Positions 18,563-27,342 of a DNA stretch of 32,000 nucleotides are shown here, piece by piece. The DNA lies in the NCBI GenBank assembly GCA_002898395.1, contig BEHE01000003.1, positions 87,519 to 119,518 of the forward strand. Reading direction: 5' to 3'. A model generated the notes under the pieces. The model saw only the letters and a list, made by a program, of their open reading frames with translations, ran no database searches and was not told where the DNA came from. Position 1 is the first letter of the stretch, and each line of letters opens with the position of its first letter. Origin of the DNA: Candidatus Calditenuaceae archaeon HR02. Its GTDB lineage: Archaea; Thermoproteota; Nitrososphaeria_A; Caldarchaeales; Calditenuaceae. Made by a program: the position numbers and the translations under genes.

Positions 18563-18949
18563 GTGCTTCCCACACTCCTCGCAGTTGGCCTGTTGGTCCA
18601 GATTGTGATGGGTGAATCCGGGCTTGCTGCGAGGGTCCTAAGAGAGATACATGCGGCCATCGGTTTGGCAGGGCTGGTTTTGACCGCCTACGCGCTCTGG
18701 GCGTCGCGGGGTAGAAGAGCATCCCTCTCATATCTTGCGGTTCTTCTCATACTCGTACTGGTTCAAGCGATACTTGGGCTAATACTCTTCGGCCTATTTA
18801 GGGTCGATTTAGGGCTTTTCGAGCTTGTAGAAACAATTCATAGGTATAATGCATACTTGATGCTGGTGGTTGGGCTGGTGGGCGGAATTGTTGTTGCAAT
18901 GGTTAGGAGAAGAGCAGGTTCAGCTGATGCTGTCGCGAAGGGCGGATAG
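18563..18949 (+). CDS. small 4-TM membrane protein, unknown function
   Basis: Four hydrophobic helices, with conserved-looking His residues in REIHAAIG and ETIHRYNAY. It starts 18 nt after the MoaD-like gene. Confidence 0.45.
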   Translation: MLPTLLAVGLLVQIVMGESGLAARVLREIHAAIGLAGLVLTAYALWASRGRRASLSYLAVLLILVLVQAILGLILFGLFRVDLGLFELVETIHRYNAYLMLVVGLVGGIVVAMVRRRAGSADAVAKGG

Positions 18950-19663
18950 TTTAGAAGCTAAGCTAGTAAGTAGTTCGTCGACGAACTGGTTTACTGCATT
19001 GACGTATTGTTCATAGCTGGGTGGCAGAGAAAATAGCCACTGGACTATAGCCTCTGCTGATGCGTTCTCGCCCGGATACCTTCCTATCCATTCGTAATAG
19101 TCGAATAGGCCGTTCACGTTGTTTATCACCCTGTCCACCGATGGTGTTAATGCTGGCTCGAAGGATGCTACAAGCCCCTTTATGTCGAGCCAGTAGTTTA
19201 TTGTGGCGTTCCTATCAGGGCCTAATGCCTCCACCCCTCTCAGCTGGTTCAGGATTGGTATTGCCTGTGATACAGTTTTCACCTGTGACTCTACGCGCTG
19301 CATCCGGGCTTCAACCTCGCTTAGCCTTCTGGACAGGTCTGAATTACTTCTTCTTAAATTCTCAAGCTCGTTTGAGAGTGTTGTTTGAAGAGCTGTCACA
19401 CGCTCCTCACTCTCTGAGAGCAGCCTCTTGCTTTCGTTCAAAAGCGCGTCCAACCTTTCTACATTGTTGAGTGCGGAGTTGAGTTCTGACTGTTTCGAGG
19501 CCAGTTCTGCCTCCAGCTGTCTGACCCTCTCTCTTTCACTTGCTAACAGTTTCTCCGATTCGAGAGCTGTAGAATATGAGCCATAGCTCATGCCGGCCAC
19601 AAAGCTTGAAATAGCTACAGCAACCACAACGACGGCTATAACAAGCGTCCTATACGCCTGCAT
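18920..19663 (-). CDS. membrane-anchored coiled-coil protein, unknown function
   Basis: An N-terminal TM segment (LVIAVVVVAVAISSFVAGM) is followed by ~110 aa of heptad-like E/L/S/R-rich sequence and a globular C-terminus. It overlaps the upstream membrane gene convergently by 30 nt. Confidence 0.5.
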   Translation of the reverse strand: MQAYRTLVIAVVVVAVAISSFVAGMSYGSYSTALESEKLLASERERVRQLEAELASKQSELNSALNNVERLDALLNESKRLLSESEERVTALQTTLSNELENLRRSNSDLSRRLSEVEARMQRVESQVKTVSQAIPILNQLRGVEALGPDRNATINYWLDIKGLVASFEPALTPSVDRVINNVNGLFDYYEWIGRYPGENASAEAIVQWLFSLPPSYEQYVNAVNQFVDELLTSLASKLSALRDSIS

Positions 19664-19724
19664 GCCAGATAGACCGCGCTGCCAGCTAATAAGTGATTTC
19701 CAGCTTCTCGGCTATTTTGAATGG

Positions 19725-20696
19725 TTACCCCGTGCCCCTCTCCTGCATCCTTAATTCAAGTGTCTTCAGGTCGAGTCCAGCCATCGCCTTTGTCTCATCA
19801 ACCATCTTCTGGGCCTCCGCAACAATGTCCGGCTTATCCCAGTAAGTGGTTGCCAAGACTATGGCCTCAGCCCGCGCCCTCGGGTCTGACGACTTGAATA
19901 TTCCCGAGCCGACGAACACGCCATCGCATCCCAGGCTCATCATTAGGGCGGCGTCGGCTGGTGTGGCTATTCCTCCTGCGGCGAAGTTCACGACTGGAAG
20001 CCTCCTAAGCCTCGCAGTCTCGAGGACCAGCTCGTATGAGACTCGGAGCTCGCGGGCAGCCTTTATAAGCTCCTGCTCATCACCATCCTCATACAGGGCT
20101 GCGATCCTTCTAAGCTCGTTGTTCAGAATCCTGACGTGCTTCACGGCCTCTGCCACGTTTCCAGTTCCAGGCTCACCCTTCGTCCTAATCATCGACGCTC
20201 CCTCCTCTATCCTGCGCAGGGCCTCCCCCAGGTCGCGGGCACCGCAGACGAATGGTGTAGTGAAGTCCCATTTCCATATGTGCCTCTCCTCGTCGGCCGG
20301 CGTTAAAACCTCAGACTCATCGATCATGTCTACTCCCGCCTCCTCGAGGACCCTAGCCTCCCAAGTATGTCCGATTCTACACTTAGCCATGACCGGGATA
20401 GTGACGTGGTCTAACACTTCCTCGATCACTCTGAGGCTTGCAGTCCTCGCGACCCCTCCCGCCTTCCTTACGTCGTAGGGCAGCTTATCCAGTACCATAA
20501 CCCCGACCGCGCCAGCATCCTCCGCTATTTGGGCCTGCTCAACGTTTGTTACGTCCATAACGACGCCGTGTTTAAGCATGTGGGCGAATCCTCTCTTCAC
20601 AAGCGTGGAGCCCCTCTTGACGGATAATCCCTCATACACTTCAATCCGGAGCCCTGGGGATTCCCTCTGGCTGAGGGTGAGAGATATCAAGTCCAT
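19725..20696 (-). CDS. pdxS: pyridoxal 5'-phosphate synthase lyase subunit PdxS
   Basis: [86 protein letters not shown] and [18 protein letters not shown] are near-invariant PdxS blocks. TTTATATA on the minus strand lies ~20-25 nt upstream of the ATG. Confidence 0.95.
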   Translation of the reverse strand: MDLISLTLSQRESPGLRIEVYEGLSVKRGSTLVKRGFAHMLKHGVVMDVTNVEQAQIAEDAGAVGVMVLDKLPYDVRKAGGVARTASLRVIEEVLDHVTIPVMAKCRIGHTWEARVLEEAGVDMIDESEVLTPADEERHIWKWDFTTPFVCGARDLGEALRRIEEGASMIRTKGEPGTGNVAEAVKHVRILNNELRRIAALYEDGDEQELIKAARELRVSYELVLETARLRRLPVVNFAAGGIATPADAALMMSLGCDGVFVGSGIFKSSDPRARAEAIVLATTYWDKPDIVAEAQKMVDETKAMAGLDLKTLELRMQERGTG

Positions 20697-21082
20697 CCAT
20701 AGTGCCGCTCACACGATATATAAACCAATCGCGCAATGAGGGGTGTTGGAGATAGATATTTCATCGAAGAGTCTCTTAAAGTCGCGCGTGTCCCAAGGGA
20801 TCACTTGGTCCCTATCAAGCGTGTGCTTATGAGCGAGCTGGTGGAAGAGCAGCTATTCGACAGGCTCGTAGAATTTGAATTACTAAGGTCGCGAGTCTGA
20901 GATACTACCCAGCTGCTGGAAGCGGTGCATACAATAGGGGGTTTAAATACTCCTCAAAATCTCAACAATACATAAACACAGAGCAGATTAGATGCCCTAG
21001 ATGCAACACAAAACAAAGAAACAAGCCAAGAAGATAATGGGTGTGGGATGGATGGTGGGGTGTGGAGTAGATGCTTGTTAGG

Positions 21083-21217
21083 GTGGCACTCATCCAGATG
21101 AGGATGTCTGACGACATTGGAAAAAAGGCTGCCAAGGCCGGAGCAAATATTGCCTGTCTACCAGAGCTATTCACCACAACTTATTTTCCGAGGGGTATGC
21201 GGGGTTGGGGTGGATGA
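21083..21217 (+). pseudogene. remnant of a carbon-nitrogen hydrolase (nitrilase-superfamily) N-terminus
   Basis: Hand translation gives VALIQMRMSDDIGKKAAKAGANIACLPELFTTTYFPRGMRGWGG-stop. The blocks (v)AliQm ... A...GAni..LPELf.t.Yf are the first strand, helix and catalytic-Glu strand of CN hydrolases. The rest of the ~260-aa fold (Lys, Cys) is missing, and the helix between the blocks looks shortened. Confidence 0.55.
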
Positions 21218-22881
21218 GTTTAGGGCGGGTTAGGATATTAGCTCTGGTTTTCCTGGCTGGGGCTGCAGTCATGGTTATAGAGCTGGCCGGGAGCAGGCTT
21301 CTCACTCCTGTCTTCGGAAGCTCAGTATTCGTGTGGGGCAGCATTATTGGAGTTGTGTTATCCTCTCTTGCCGCTGGCTACTATTTGGGTGGGAGGATTT
21401 CTGACCTTAGGCCCGACCCGCGCCTCCTAGACACAATCGTTTTCACTGGAGGTGTTCTCGTAATCTCTATCCCCTTCCTCTCGCCCGTAAGTATCGAAGC
21501 GGTGGTATCAGCTGGGTTGGAGGAGCGGTGGGGGGCTCTGCTCGCGAGTCTGGCACTCTTAGCACCATCCAACCTGTTACTGGGTATGGTGTCACCATTC
21601 GCGGTCAAGCTAGCTACCAGCGAGCTAGGGGAGCTTGGAAGCAGCGCAGGATACTTATATGCAGTCTCGACGCTGGGAAGCATATTCGGAACTTTTGGAA
21701 CAGTTTTCATTCTGATTCCCGCCCTAGACGTCCGCACGATTTTTCTCGGAGTTGGTTTAGCGTTGATGGCAGTCTCAATGGTGAGGCTTGGAACCTCATC
21801 GAAGGCTACTTTCGCGGTCATTCTTCTATTCCTCCTCTCTCCGCTCGGTCTTGTGGGCGGGCAGGTGGTCGCTGCCTCTGGCCAAGTGGTCGAGTCGAGG
21901 GAAACCCCATACAACAGCCTCGTGGTTGCTAGGAGCGATGACCTCCAAGTCCTATACCTCAATGGCCTCCCACACAGCGGCATGAGTCTCAAAAACCCGC
22001 ATGAACTAGTCTTCACATACACTAAGTTCTTCGAGTCGGCCTTAGCACTAAACAGCGGTGCAGATGACGTGCTCTTCATAGGTGGGGGAGGGTTCTCAGG
22101 CCCCAAATACTTTCTCAGAAAATACACCAACATCACTGTCGAAGTGGTGGAGATAGACCCAGTGGTGGTCGAGGTAGCCAAAAAATATTTCCATGTACCC
22201 GACGATGAGCGTCTCATCATTCACATAGACGATGGCAGGGTTTTTCTGCAGCGTGTCGGTAAGAAGTTTGACGCCATCATCATAGACGCATACGCGAAGA
22301 CCTACATTCCATACCACTTACTGACCCTCGAGTTCTTCAGGCTGGTGAGGGATAAGTTGGAGAGTGGCGGCGTGGTGGTTAGCAACATAATTGCCTCAGT
22401 TACTGGCGACACTTCCGAGATACTCTGGTCTACATACAAGACTATGAGCCTGGTCTTTCCCAAGATTTATGTGGTGAAAGCATCCGATCAGGGAGCACCT
22501 CTTGTCCAGAACATAATACTCGTAGCCTGCGTGGAGGAGGACTGCGACCTTATAGGCTCACTCTCAAGGTGGGGGAGCCGGGAGGTCGAGTACCTTGTAG
22601 CTAGGGGTCTGTGGAGTAGGGTGCCAGACCTAAGCGAATACAAGGTACTGACAGACAACTACTCGCCTGTCGAGTCACTGATAAACCCCGTCACTGGGAA
22701 GCCCTACTCAGTAGAGCTAGAGTCAGGCGAGTTCAGCGTCCCCGCCATCTTAATGGGTGGAAGCAACTCCCTAGCCCTGGCCGTAGTCACGCTAGCCGCA
22801 ACCTATTGGCTGGCTGTGTTAATCTCGGACGTGACCCCCAGGCGTGGAGTTGGGCAGAGAGAATATACCGTTGGGGGATGA
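21205..22881 (+). CDS. membrane-fused spermidine synthase-like aminopropyl/methyl-transferase-fold protein
   Basis: An N-terminal ~215 aa region has ~7 TM helices. It is followed by PYNSLVV..LYLNG..HS, the SAM loop DVLFIGGGGFSGP, VEVVEIDPVVVEVAKKYF and FDAIIIDAY (SpeE-like), then a C-terminal TM helix. Alternative ATG at 21214. Confidence 0.75.
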   Translation: MGWMSLGRVRILALVFLAGAAVMVIELAGSRLLTPVFGSSVFVWGSIIGVVLSSLAAGYYLGGRISDLRPDPRLLDTIVFTGGVLVISIPFLSPVSIEAVVSAGLEERWGALLASLALLAPSNLLLGMVSPFAVKLATSELGELGSSAGYLYAVSTLGSIFGTFGTVFILIPALDVRTIFLGVGLALMAVSMVRLGTSSKATFAVILLFLLSPLGLVGGQVVAASGQVVESRETPYNSLVVARSDDLQVLYLNGLPHSGMSLKNPHELVFTYTKFFESALALNSGADDVLFIGGGGFSGPKYFLRKYTNITVEVVEIDPVVVEVAKKYFHVPDDERLIIHIDDGRVFLQRVGKKFDAIIIDAYAKTYIPYHLLTLEFFRLVRDKLESGGVVVSNIIASVTGDTSEILWSTYKTMSLVFPKIYVVKASDQGAPLVQNIILVACVEEDCDLIGSLSRWGSREVEYLVARGLWSRVPDLSEYKVLTDNYSPVESLINPVTGKPYSVELESGEFSVPAILMGGSNSLALAVVTLAATYWLAVLISDVTPRRGVGQREYTVGG

Positions 22882-23813
22882 GCAGGATGGACGGCTCGGA
22901 GGGGGTGGTCTCGGAGCCAGGCCCTGAGGGGCTGGACCGGCTGAGGCAGGCAGGGTCCATTGCCACCTCTGTCCTTAGAGAGGCAGTTCTAAGAGTTAGG
23001 CCGGGAGTAGCGTCTTTACAGATATGCGAATGGGTTGAGGCTAGGATCAGGGAGCTTGGGGCTAGGCCCGCTTTCCCCTGCAATATCGGGATAGACTCCG
23101 TCGCCGCGCACTATACACCAACCATTGGAGACGACACCGTAATTCCGTTAGGCTCGCTGGTGAAACTTGACATAGGGGTGGAGCTTGATGGATACATTGT
23201 CGACACAGCCGTATCCGTAGACCTCAGGAGCCCGCACGGCTATTTGGTGGATGTTGCGCGGGAGGCTCTGAGGAATGCGCTCAGTATTTTGAGGCATGGC
23301 GTCAAGGTAGGGGAGATTGGGAGCATAGTCTACGAGACTGCCACAAGGTACCGGTGTAGACCGATCGCAAATCTCTCGGGGCATGAGATTAAAAGGTTCA
23401 ACCTTCATGCTGGGGTCTCAATACCAAATATCCCGGTTGGCGAGTCACAAAGACTTGAGGCCGGACACATATATGCTATCGAGCCCTTCATAACCTTGCA
23501 GGAGGCACCAGGCCTAGTCATAAACACTAAGACAGTGAATATTTTCTCGCTCAGGGAGACCTCCAGTAGAGCTAAAGGCCTTAGCCAAGAGGAACAGGAG
23601 GCGCTGAGAGAAATTAACGCAATCTCGCGGGGGCTTCCCTACACTGTTAGGTGGCTGAGCGAGCGGGTGGCCTCGATTCACTCACGCCTCTACAAACGTG
23701 GACTGGTCTTCGGCTACCCTGTGCTAGTTGAGAAGAGCGGGGCGCCGGTTTCACAGGCGGAGCATACCGTCGTAATCTATGAGGATGGATGTGAGGTATT
23801 GACCGCGGGTTAG
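22878..23813 (+). CDS. map: methionine aminopeptidase, type 2 (archaeal)
   Basis: Metal and catalytic contexts are AAHYTP, KLDIGVELDGYIVDTA, SGHEI, YAIEPF and AEHTVVI, plus the type-2 helical insert (SQEEQEALREINAISRGLPYTVRWL). ATG 22878 is preferred over the track TTG 22806 because it overlaps the upstream stop (ATGA). Confidence 0.9.
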   Translation: MSRMDGSEGVVSEPGPEGLDRLRQAGSIATSVLREAVLRVRPGVASLQICEWVEARIRELGARPAFPCNIGIDSVAAHYTPTIGDDTVIPLGSLVKLDIGVELDGYIVDTAVSVDLRSPHGYLVDVAREALRNALSILRHGVKVGEIGSIVYETATRYRCRPIANLSGHEIKRFNLHAGVSIPNIPVGESQRLEAGHIYAIEPFITLQEAPGLVINTKTVNIFSLRETSSRAKGLSQEEQEALREINAISRGLPYTVRWLSERVASIHSRLYKRGLVFGYPVLVEKSGAPVSQAEHTVVIYEDGCEVLTAG

Positions 23814-25099
23814 GCCCTCTGAACTTGTACTAGTTGGCTGTAAACTTCTAAAGTCTTCTCAGCCGCTCGACGCCATGTAAACTCTTCAAGTACCCGCCTC
23901 CTACCGTTGCGTCCCATCCTCCTTGCGCGGTCGCGGTCCCTAAGAACCTCTTTCACCCCCCAAGCAATGTCGAGCGGGTTTGAACCATCTACATGCATCC
24001 CGCACTGATTCTCCCCTGATGGAATAACCTGTTCCCTGAACCCTACAACCCCCCTTGCACCGACAACGACGGGCTTCTCCATGGCCATAGCCTCGAGACT
24101 CACTATCCCGAAAGGCTCGTAGACTGAGGGGAAGACGCAGACATCTGAGGCGGCATAGTGTAGAATCCTCTCCCGCTCCGATACAAACTCTGTCCTTAGG
24201 ATAACACGGTCCCTCAGCCCGAGGCCTCTAATGAGATTATGTAGTGCATTCTCCATCTCTCCCTTACCTAGGATGACGAGCTTCGTCTTGGGAAACTCGC
24301 TCAAAATATGTGGCATGGCTTGAACAAGCTCTTCAACACCCTTGACATGCACCAAGCGTCCAACAAAGAGTATCATATTTTCATCGGCGCCGATCCCATA
24401 CCGCTGCCTGAGATTCTCCCTGTCTTGCTGGTTTATGGATGAAGGGTCATAGACATCGGGGTCTACGCCGTTCCACACCACGCGTATTTTATCTGTAGGC
24501 CAACTATGTATCTGCAGGTCTTCCTTCATCGCGTTGCTAACCGTTATTATTATTGATGCGTATTCTGCACCGAGCCTCTCAATCTCGGAGACCGTCTTAG
24601 AACCTCTACCCATGGTCCTCCCCCATTCCGTGGAGTGGACGTGATAGACTGTCGGAACCCCGCCTAGGCTGGATAAAGAAATGCCCGAAAGGGCGCAAAG
24701 CCAATCATTAAAAGCAACAACATCGAACCTGCCACCCAAAACCTTCGAAACAATCCTAGAAGCAACAGCAGCGTTAAATGTAACAACGTTGCTGATGAAC
24801 CTGAGTCCTTCACCCCACCCCCTTACCTCATCATTCACTACATGCCTCAACCCTGCCGAGAGGTCGGGCAGATCTATCCAGTTCACCTCCACCTTCTCCA
24901 CCCCTACTACTGGGGGGTGAAAGCCATGCGGGAGAGGGGCATAAACCTCCACCTCGTGCCCTAGCCTAGACATCCACACGGTGATGTAGTAGGAGTATGT
25001 GCCAAGACCCCCTACAATGAATGGGGGATACTCCCAAGTAATGAACGCGACCCTCATCCAAGCACTTATCCCCTCTTTACTGTTTAAAGTAGGTATCAT
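23810..25099 (-). CDS. GT-B glycosyltransferase (GT4/GT5, glycogen-synthase-like)
   Basis: The N-terminal block is MRVAFITWEYPPFIVGGLGTY. The C-terminal block is FPSVYEPFGIVSLEAMAMEKPVV (E-x7-E). The start is ambiguous: ATG 25099, or ATG 25057 (MRVAFITWEYPP, with TTTAAA at 25083-25088 ~26 nt upstream). Confidence 0.8.
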   Translation of the reverse strand: MIPTLNSKEGISAWMRVAFITWEYPPFIVGGLGTYSYYITVWMSRLGHEVEVYAPLPHGFHPPVVGVEKVEVNWIDLPDLSAGLRHVVNDEVRGWGEGLRFISNVVTFNAAVASRIVSKVLGGRFDVVAFNDWLCALSGISLSSLGGVPTVYHVHSTEWGRTMGRGSKTVSEIERLGAEYASIIITVSNAMKEDLQIHSWPTDKIRVVWNGVDPDVYDPSSINQQDRENLRQRYGIGADENMILFVGRLVHVKGVEELVQAMPHILSEFPKTKLVILGKGEMENALHNLIRGLGLRDRVILRTEFVSERERILHYAASDVCVFPSVYEPFGIVSLEAMAMEKPVVVGARGVVGFREQVIPSGENQCGMHVDGSNPLDIAWGVKEVLRDRDRARRMGRNGRRRVLEEFTWRRAAEKTLEVYSQLVQVQRA

Positions 25100-25122
25100 A
25101 CTTAGAGGGGTGTGGGAGCCCT

Positions 25123-25153
25123 GATAATACCGTGCATATGCTTAAGTATTATC
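25123..25153. promoter_or_regulatory. perfect inverted repeat GATAATAC-N15-GTATTATC with nested GCATATGC; mirrored TATA-like boxes / candidate operator
   Basis: Read directly: arms at 25123-25130 and 25146-25153. Each arm lies 23-31 nt upstream of one of the divergent start codons (25099 on -, 25176 on +). Confidence 0.5.
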
Positions 25154-25175
25154 ATGGCGACAGTCGGAGGGCGGA

Positions 25176-25427
25176 ATGGTCACCGAGAAGGACGAGTCGA
25201 CCCTCCTCCTAACATTCCTACACAACATGGGCTACGTTGATGAGGAGAGAGCAGTGGAGGTTGGAGAGCTATCCGCGGCGCTAGATCTCGATACTGAGCG
25301 GGTGGAGGAGATTCTGAGGAGGCTTGAATCCGACGGCTACGTCGCGAGAACTAGGCAACGAGGGGGGATGGTTAGCTTTTATCTCACTGGGAAAGGAGTG
25401 ATAAGGGTCTGCTCAATATACACATAG
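25176..25427 (+). CDS. small winged-helix DNA-binding protein (MarR/ArsR-like fold)
   Basis: 83 aa. GELSAALDLDTERVEEILRRLESDGYVAR...VSFYLTGKG has the helix-turn-helix plus wing pattern. It is the first gene of the + strand GT operon. Confidence 0.55.
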   Translation: MVTEKDESTLLLTFLHNMGYVDEERAVEVGELSAALDLDTERVEEILRRLESDGYVARTRQRGGMVSFYLTGKGVIRVCSIYT

Positions 25428-25436
25428 GGTCGCAGA

Positions 25437-26048
25437 ATGAGGGTTGTTTTTCTATCCTGGGAATTTCTTCCGCGCATCGTGGGCGAGCTGGCATGGCTGG
25501 TCCAGTCCCAGATAGAGAGGCTAAGAAAGAGGGGTTTAAAAATCGAGTTAGTGACAATTAGTGACTCCGGATATTATGTCGAGGAATCCGCACCCAATTT
25601 TAGGATAACGAGGATAACCAGCCCTGTCTCACCCCACTCCACAATCATAACGTGGATAGTGAGTATAAATGTCGAGGCTGCCAGAGTTGTTGCCGACATC
25701 TATCATTCAGAACCTGACAGAATTATACTTCATACCCACGACTGGCACTTCGCCCCCGCCTCCTCAGCCCTGAAAAAAGCCCTCAAAATCCCGTGGATAG
25801 CCTCCCTATACAGCCTCGAGCAACACAGGTCATTAAACCCCAACTCGCCGCTCAGCTCCTGCATAAGGACAATAGAGTGGCACATGGTTCGCGAGTGTGA
25901 CTTCCTACTGGTCAGGGATGAGTGGATGCTGAGGGAGGTCAGGAGCGCTCTATCCTTAGACAGGGAGGTGGTCGCAGTATCTAACCCATCCGCCGCTGGC
26001 TGGGAGGACAGGGTCTTGCAGCTCTACAACACGCTGGTGAGTCTCTAA
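25437..26048 (+). CDS. truncated GT-B paralog: N-terminal Rossmann half only, degenerate glycine loop
   Basis: MRVVFLSWEFLPRIVGELAW parallels the WE(F/Y)PP.IVGGL N-termini of both flanking GTs, but with P->L and GG->GE changes. HTHDWH matches HVHDWL of the neighbour. The protein ends at 203 aa without the E-x7-E donor-binding half. Confidence 0.6.
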   Translation: MRVVFLSWEFLPRIVGELAWLVQSQIERLRKRGLKIELVTISDSGYYVEESAPNFRITRITSPVSPHSTIITWIVSINVEAARVVADIYHSEPDRIILHTHDWHFAPASSALKKALKIPWIASLYSLEQHRSLNPNSPLSSCIRTIEWHMVRECDFLLVRDEWMLREVRSALSLDREVVAVSNPSAAGWEDRVLQLYNTLVSL

Positions 26049-27254
26049 TTGAGCCTGAGCGTTTTAATGCTTAGCTGGGAGTTTCCTCCCAGGATAGTTG
26101 GGGGGCTGGCCGCCCACGTCCACGACCTCTCAGTCGAGCTAAGTAGGAAGGGAGTCGAAGTGCATGTCCTCACCCTTGAATTCCCAGGTGCAGCAGAGCG
26201 GGAGAGAGTGGATGGGGTAAAAGTCTACCGCGTAGACTCCTACAAGTATCCGGCACCAGACTTCGCCTCATGGATTGCCATGATGAACGTGAACCTACTG
26301 GACTATGCCTGTGGGCTGCTTAGAGGTGTGTTGCAGAAACCCTCCATAATCCACGTACATGACTGGCTTGTAGCATATGCTGGAATTGCTCTCAAACACC
26401 TCTTCAGAATGCCGCTAGTGGCGACTATTCACTCTACGGAGTACGGCAGACGTGGAGGTATACACGACGACTATCAGAGAATGATTGCTTCGACTGAAGC
26501 TTATCTCTCGAGAGAGGCTTGGAGGGTGATTTGTTGTAGCAGGTACATGGCAGAGGAGGTTAACAGAGTATTGGGCACGCCGCTGGACAAGATTGACATA
26601 ATACCGAACGGCGTTTATATTGAGAACTTCCAGCCTAGAGGTAACCGCGCCGAGCTGCGGTCGAGGTTCGCACTACCGCACGAGAAGCTTGTCCTCTACG
26701 TGGGCAGGCTAGTACATGAGAAGGGCGTCCACCTGCTGGTAGAGGCGATTCCCTACATCCTCCAGAGCGTAGACGCAAAATTTGTCATAGTGGGTGAAGG
26801 ATATCTCAAAGAGTGGATTAAGAGGCGGGTGGGAGAGCTTGGTGTCTCACAGAAAGTATATATCACCGGCTTCCTAGATATCAATACTCTCAGAAACCTG
26901 TACACGGTAGCAGACGTCTTGGTTATGCCCTCGCTCTACGAGCCCTTCGGTATAGTAGCCCTTGAAGCTGCAGCCTCGCGACTCCCTATAGTCTCAACGT
27001 GCGTAGGCGGGATAGGCGAGATCGTGAGCCACATGGAGAGCTGTGTAAGCGTGTATCCCAGCCCAGACTCTATTGCCTGGGGGGTAGTCCAAGTGCTCTC
27101 TAATCCAAGCCTGGCGGAGCACATCAGGAACACTGCATACGAGAGGGTAAAAAGTACATTCACGTGGGGGAGAATCGCCGAACAAACACTAGGGGTTTAT
27201 CACAGAGTATTGAGCGAATACAGTTCGATAAAGGATTGGAAGCCCAGGCTATAA
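26049..27254 (+). CDS. GT-B glycosyltransferase (GT4/GT5, glycogen-synthase-like)
   Basis: MLSWEFPPRIVGGLAAHV, HVHDWL and MPSLYEPFGIVALEAAASRLPIV (E-x7-E). The TTG start abuts the previous stop. Alternative ATG at 26067. Confidence 0.8.
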   Translation: MSLSVLMLSWEFPPRIVGGLAAHVHDLSVELSRKGVEVHVLTLEFPGAAERERVDGVKVYRVDSYKYPAPDFASWIAMMNVNLLDYACGLLRGVLQKPSIIHVHDWLVAYAGIALKHLFRMPLVATIHSTEYGRRGGIHDDYQRMIASTEAYLSREAWRVICCSRYMAEEVNRVLGTPLDKIDIIPNGVYIENFQPRGNRAELRSRFALPHEKLVLYVGRLVHEKGVHLLVEAIPYILQSVDAKFVIVGEGYLKEWIKRRVGELGVSQKVYITGFLDINTLRNLYTVADVLVMPSLYEPFGIVALEAAASRLPIVSTCVGGIGEIVSHMESCVSVYPSPDSIAWGVVQVLSNPSLAEHIRNTAYERVKSTFTWGRIAEQTLGVYHRVLSEYSSIKDWKPRL

Positions 27255-27342
27255 CCTCCCCAGCCCGGCCTAGCGATAACTTCTAACACACTACCTAAAC
27301 TCCTCAGCGAAGTTTATATTCAATGGGGAGAATAGAATATGT

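Noticed and set aside
19846-20478. 210-aa plus-strand ORF
   Set aside because: It is antisense to pdxS, which is near-invariant and clearly the real gene. The product is S/A/T/P-rich.
19664-20696. pdxS without an adjacent pdxT
   Set aside because: Separation of pdxS and pdxT is common in archaeal genomes, so this is not informative without the whole genome.
20879-21037. Frame encoding ...RCPRCNTKQRNKPRR-stop, resembling the end of a small zinc-ribbon protein
   Set aside because: The open frame contains no ATG, GTG or TTG between the upstream stop (20876-78) and the CPRC. A single C-x2-C is insufficient evidence.
21381-22220. 279-aa minus-strand ORF and smaller plus-strand ORFs inside 21528-21985
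   Set aside because: They are antisense or off-frame to the spermidine-synthase-like gene. The products are R/S/T/P-rich with no motifs.
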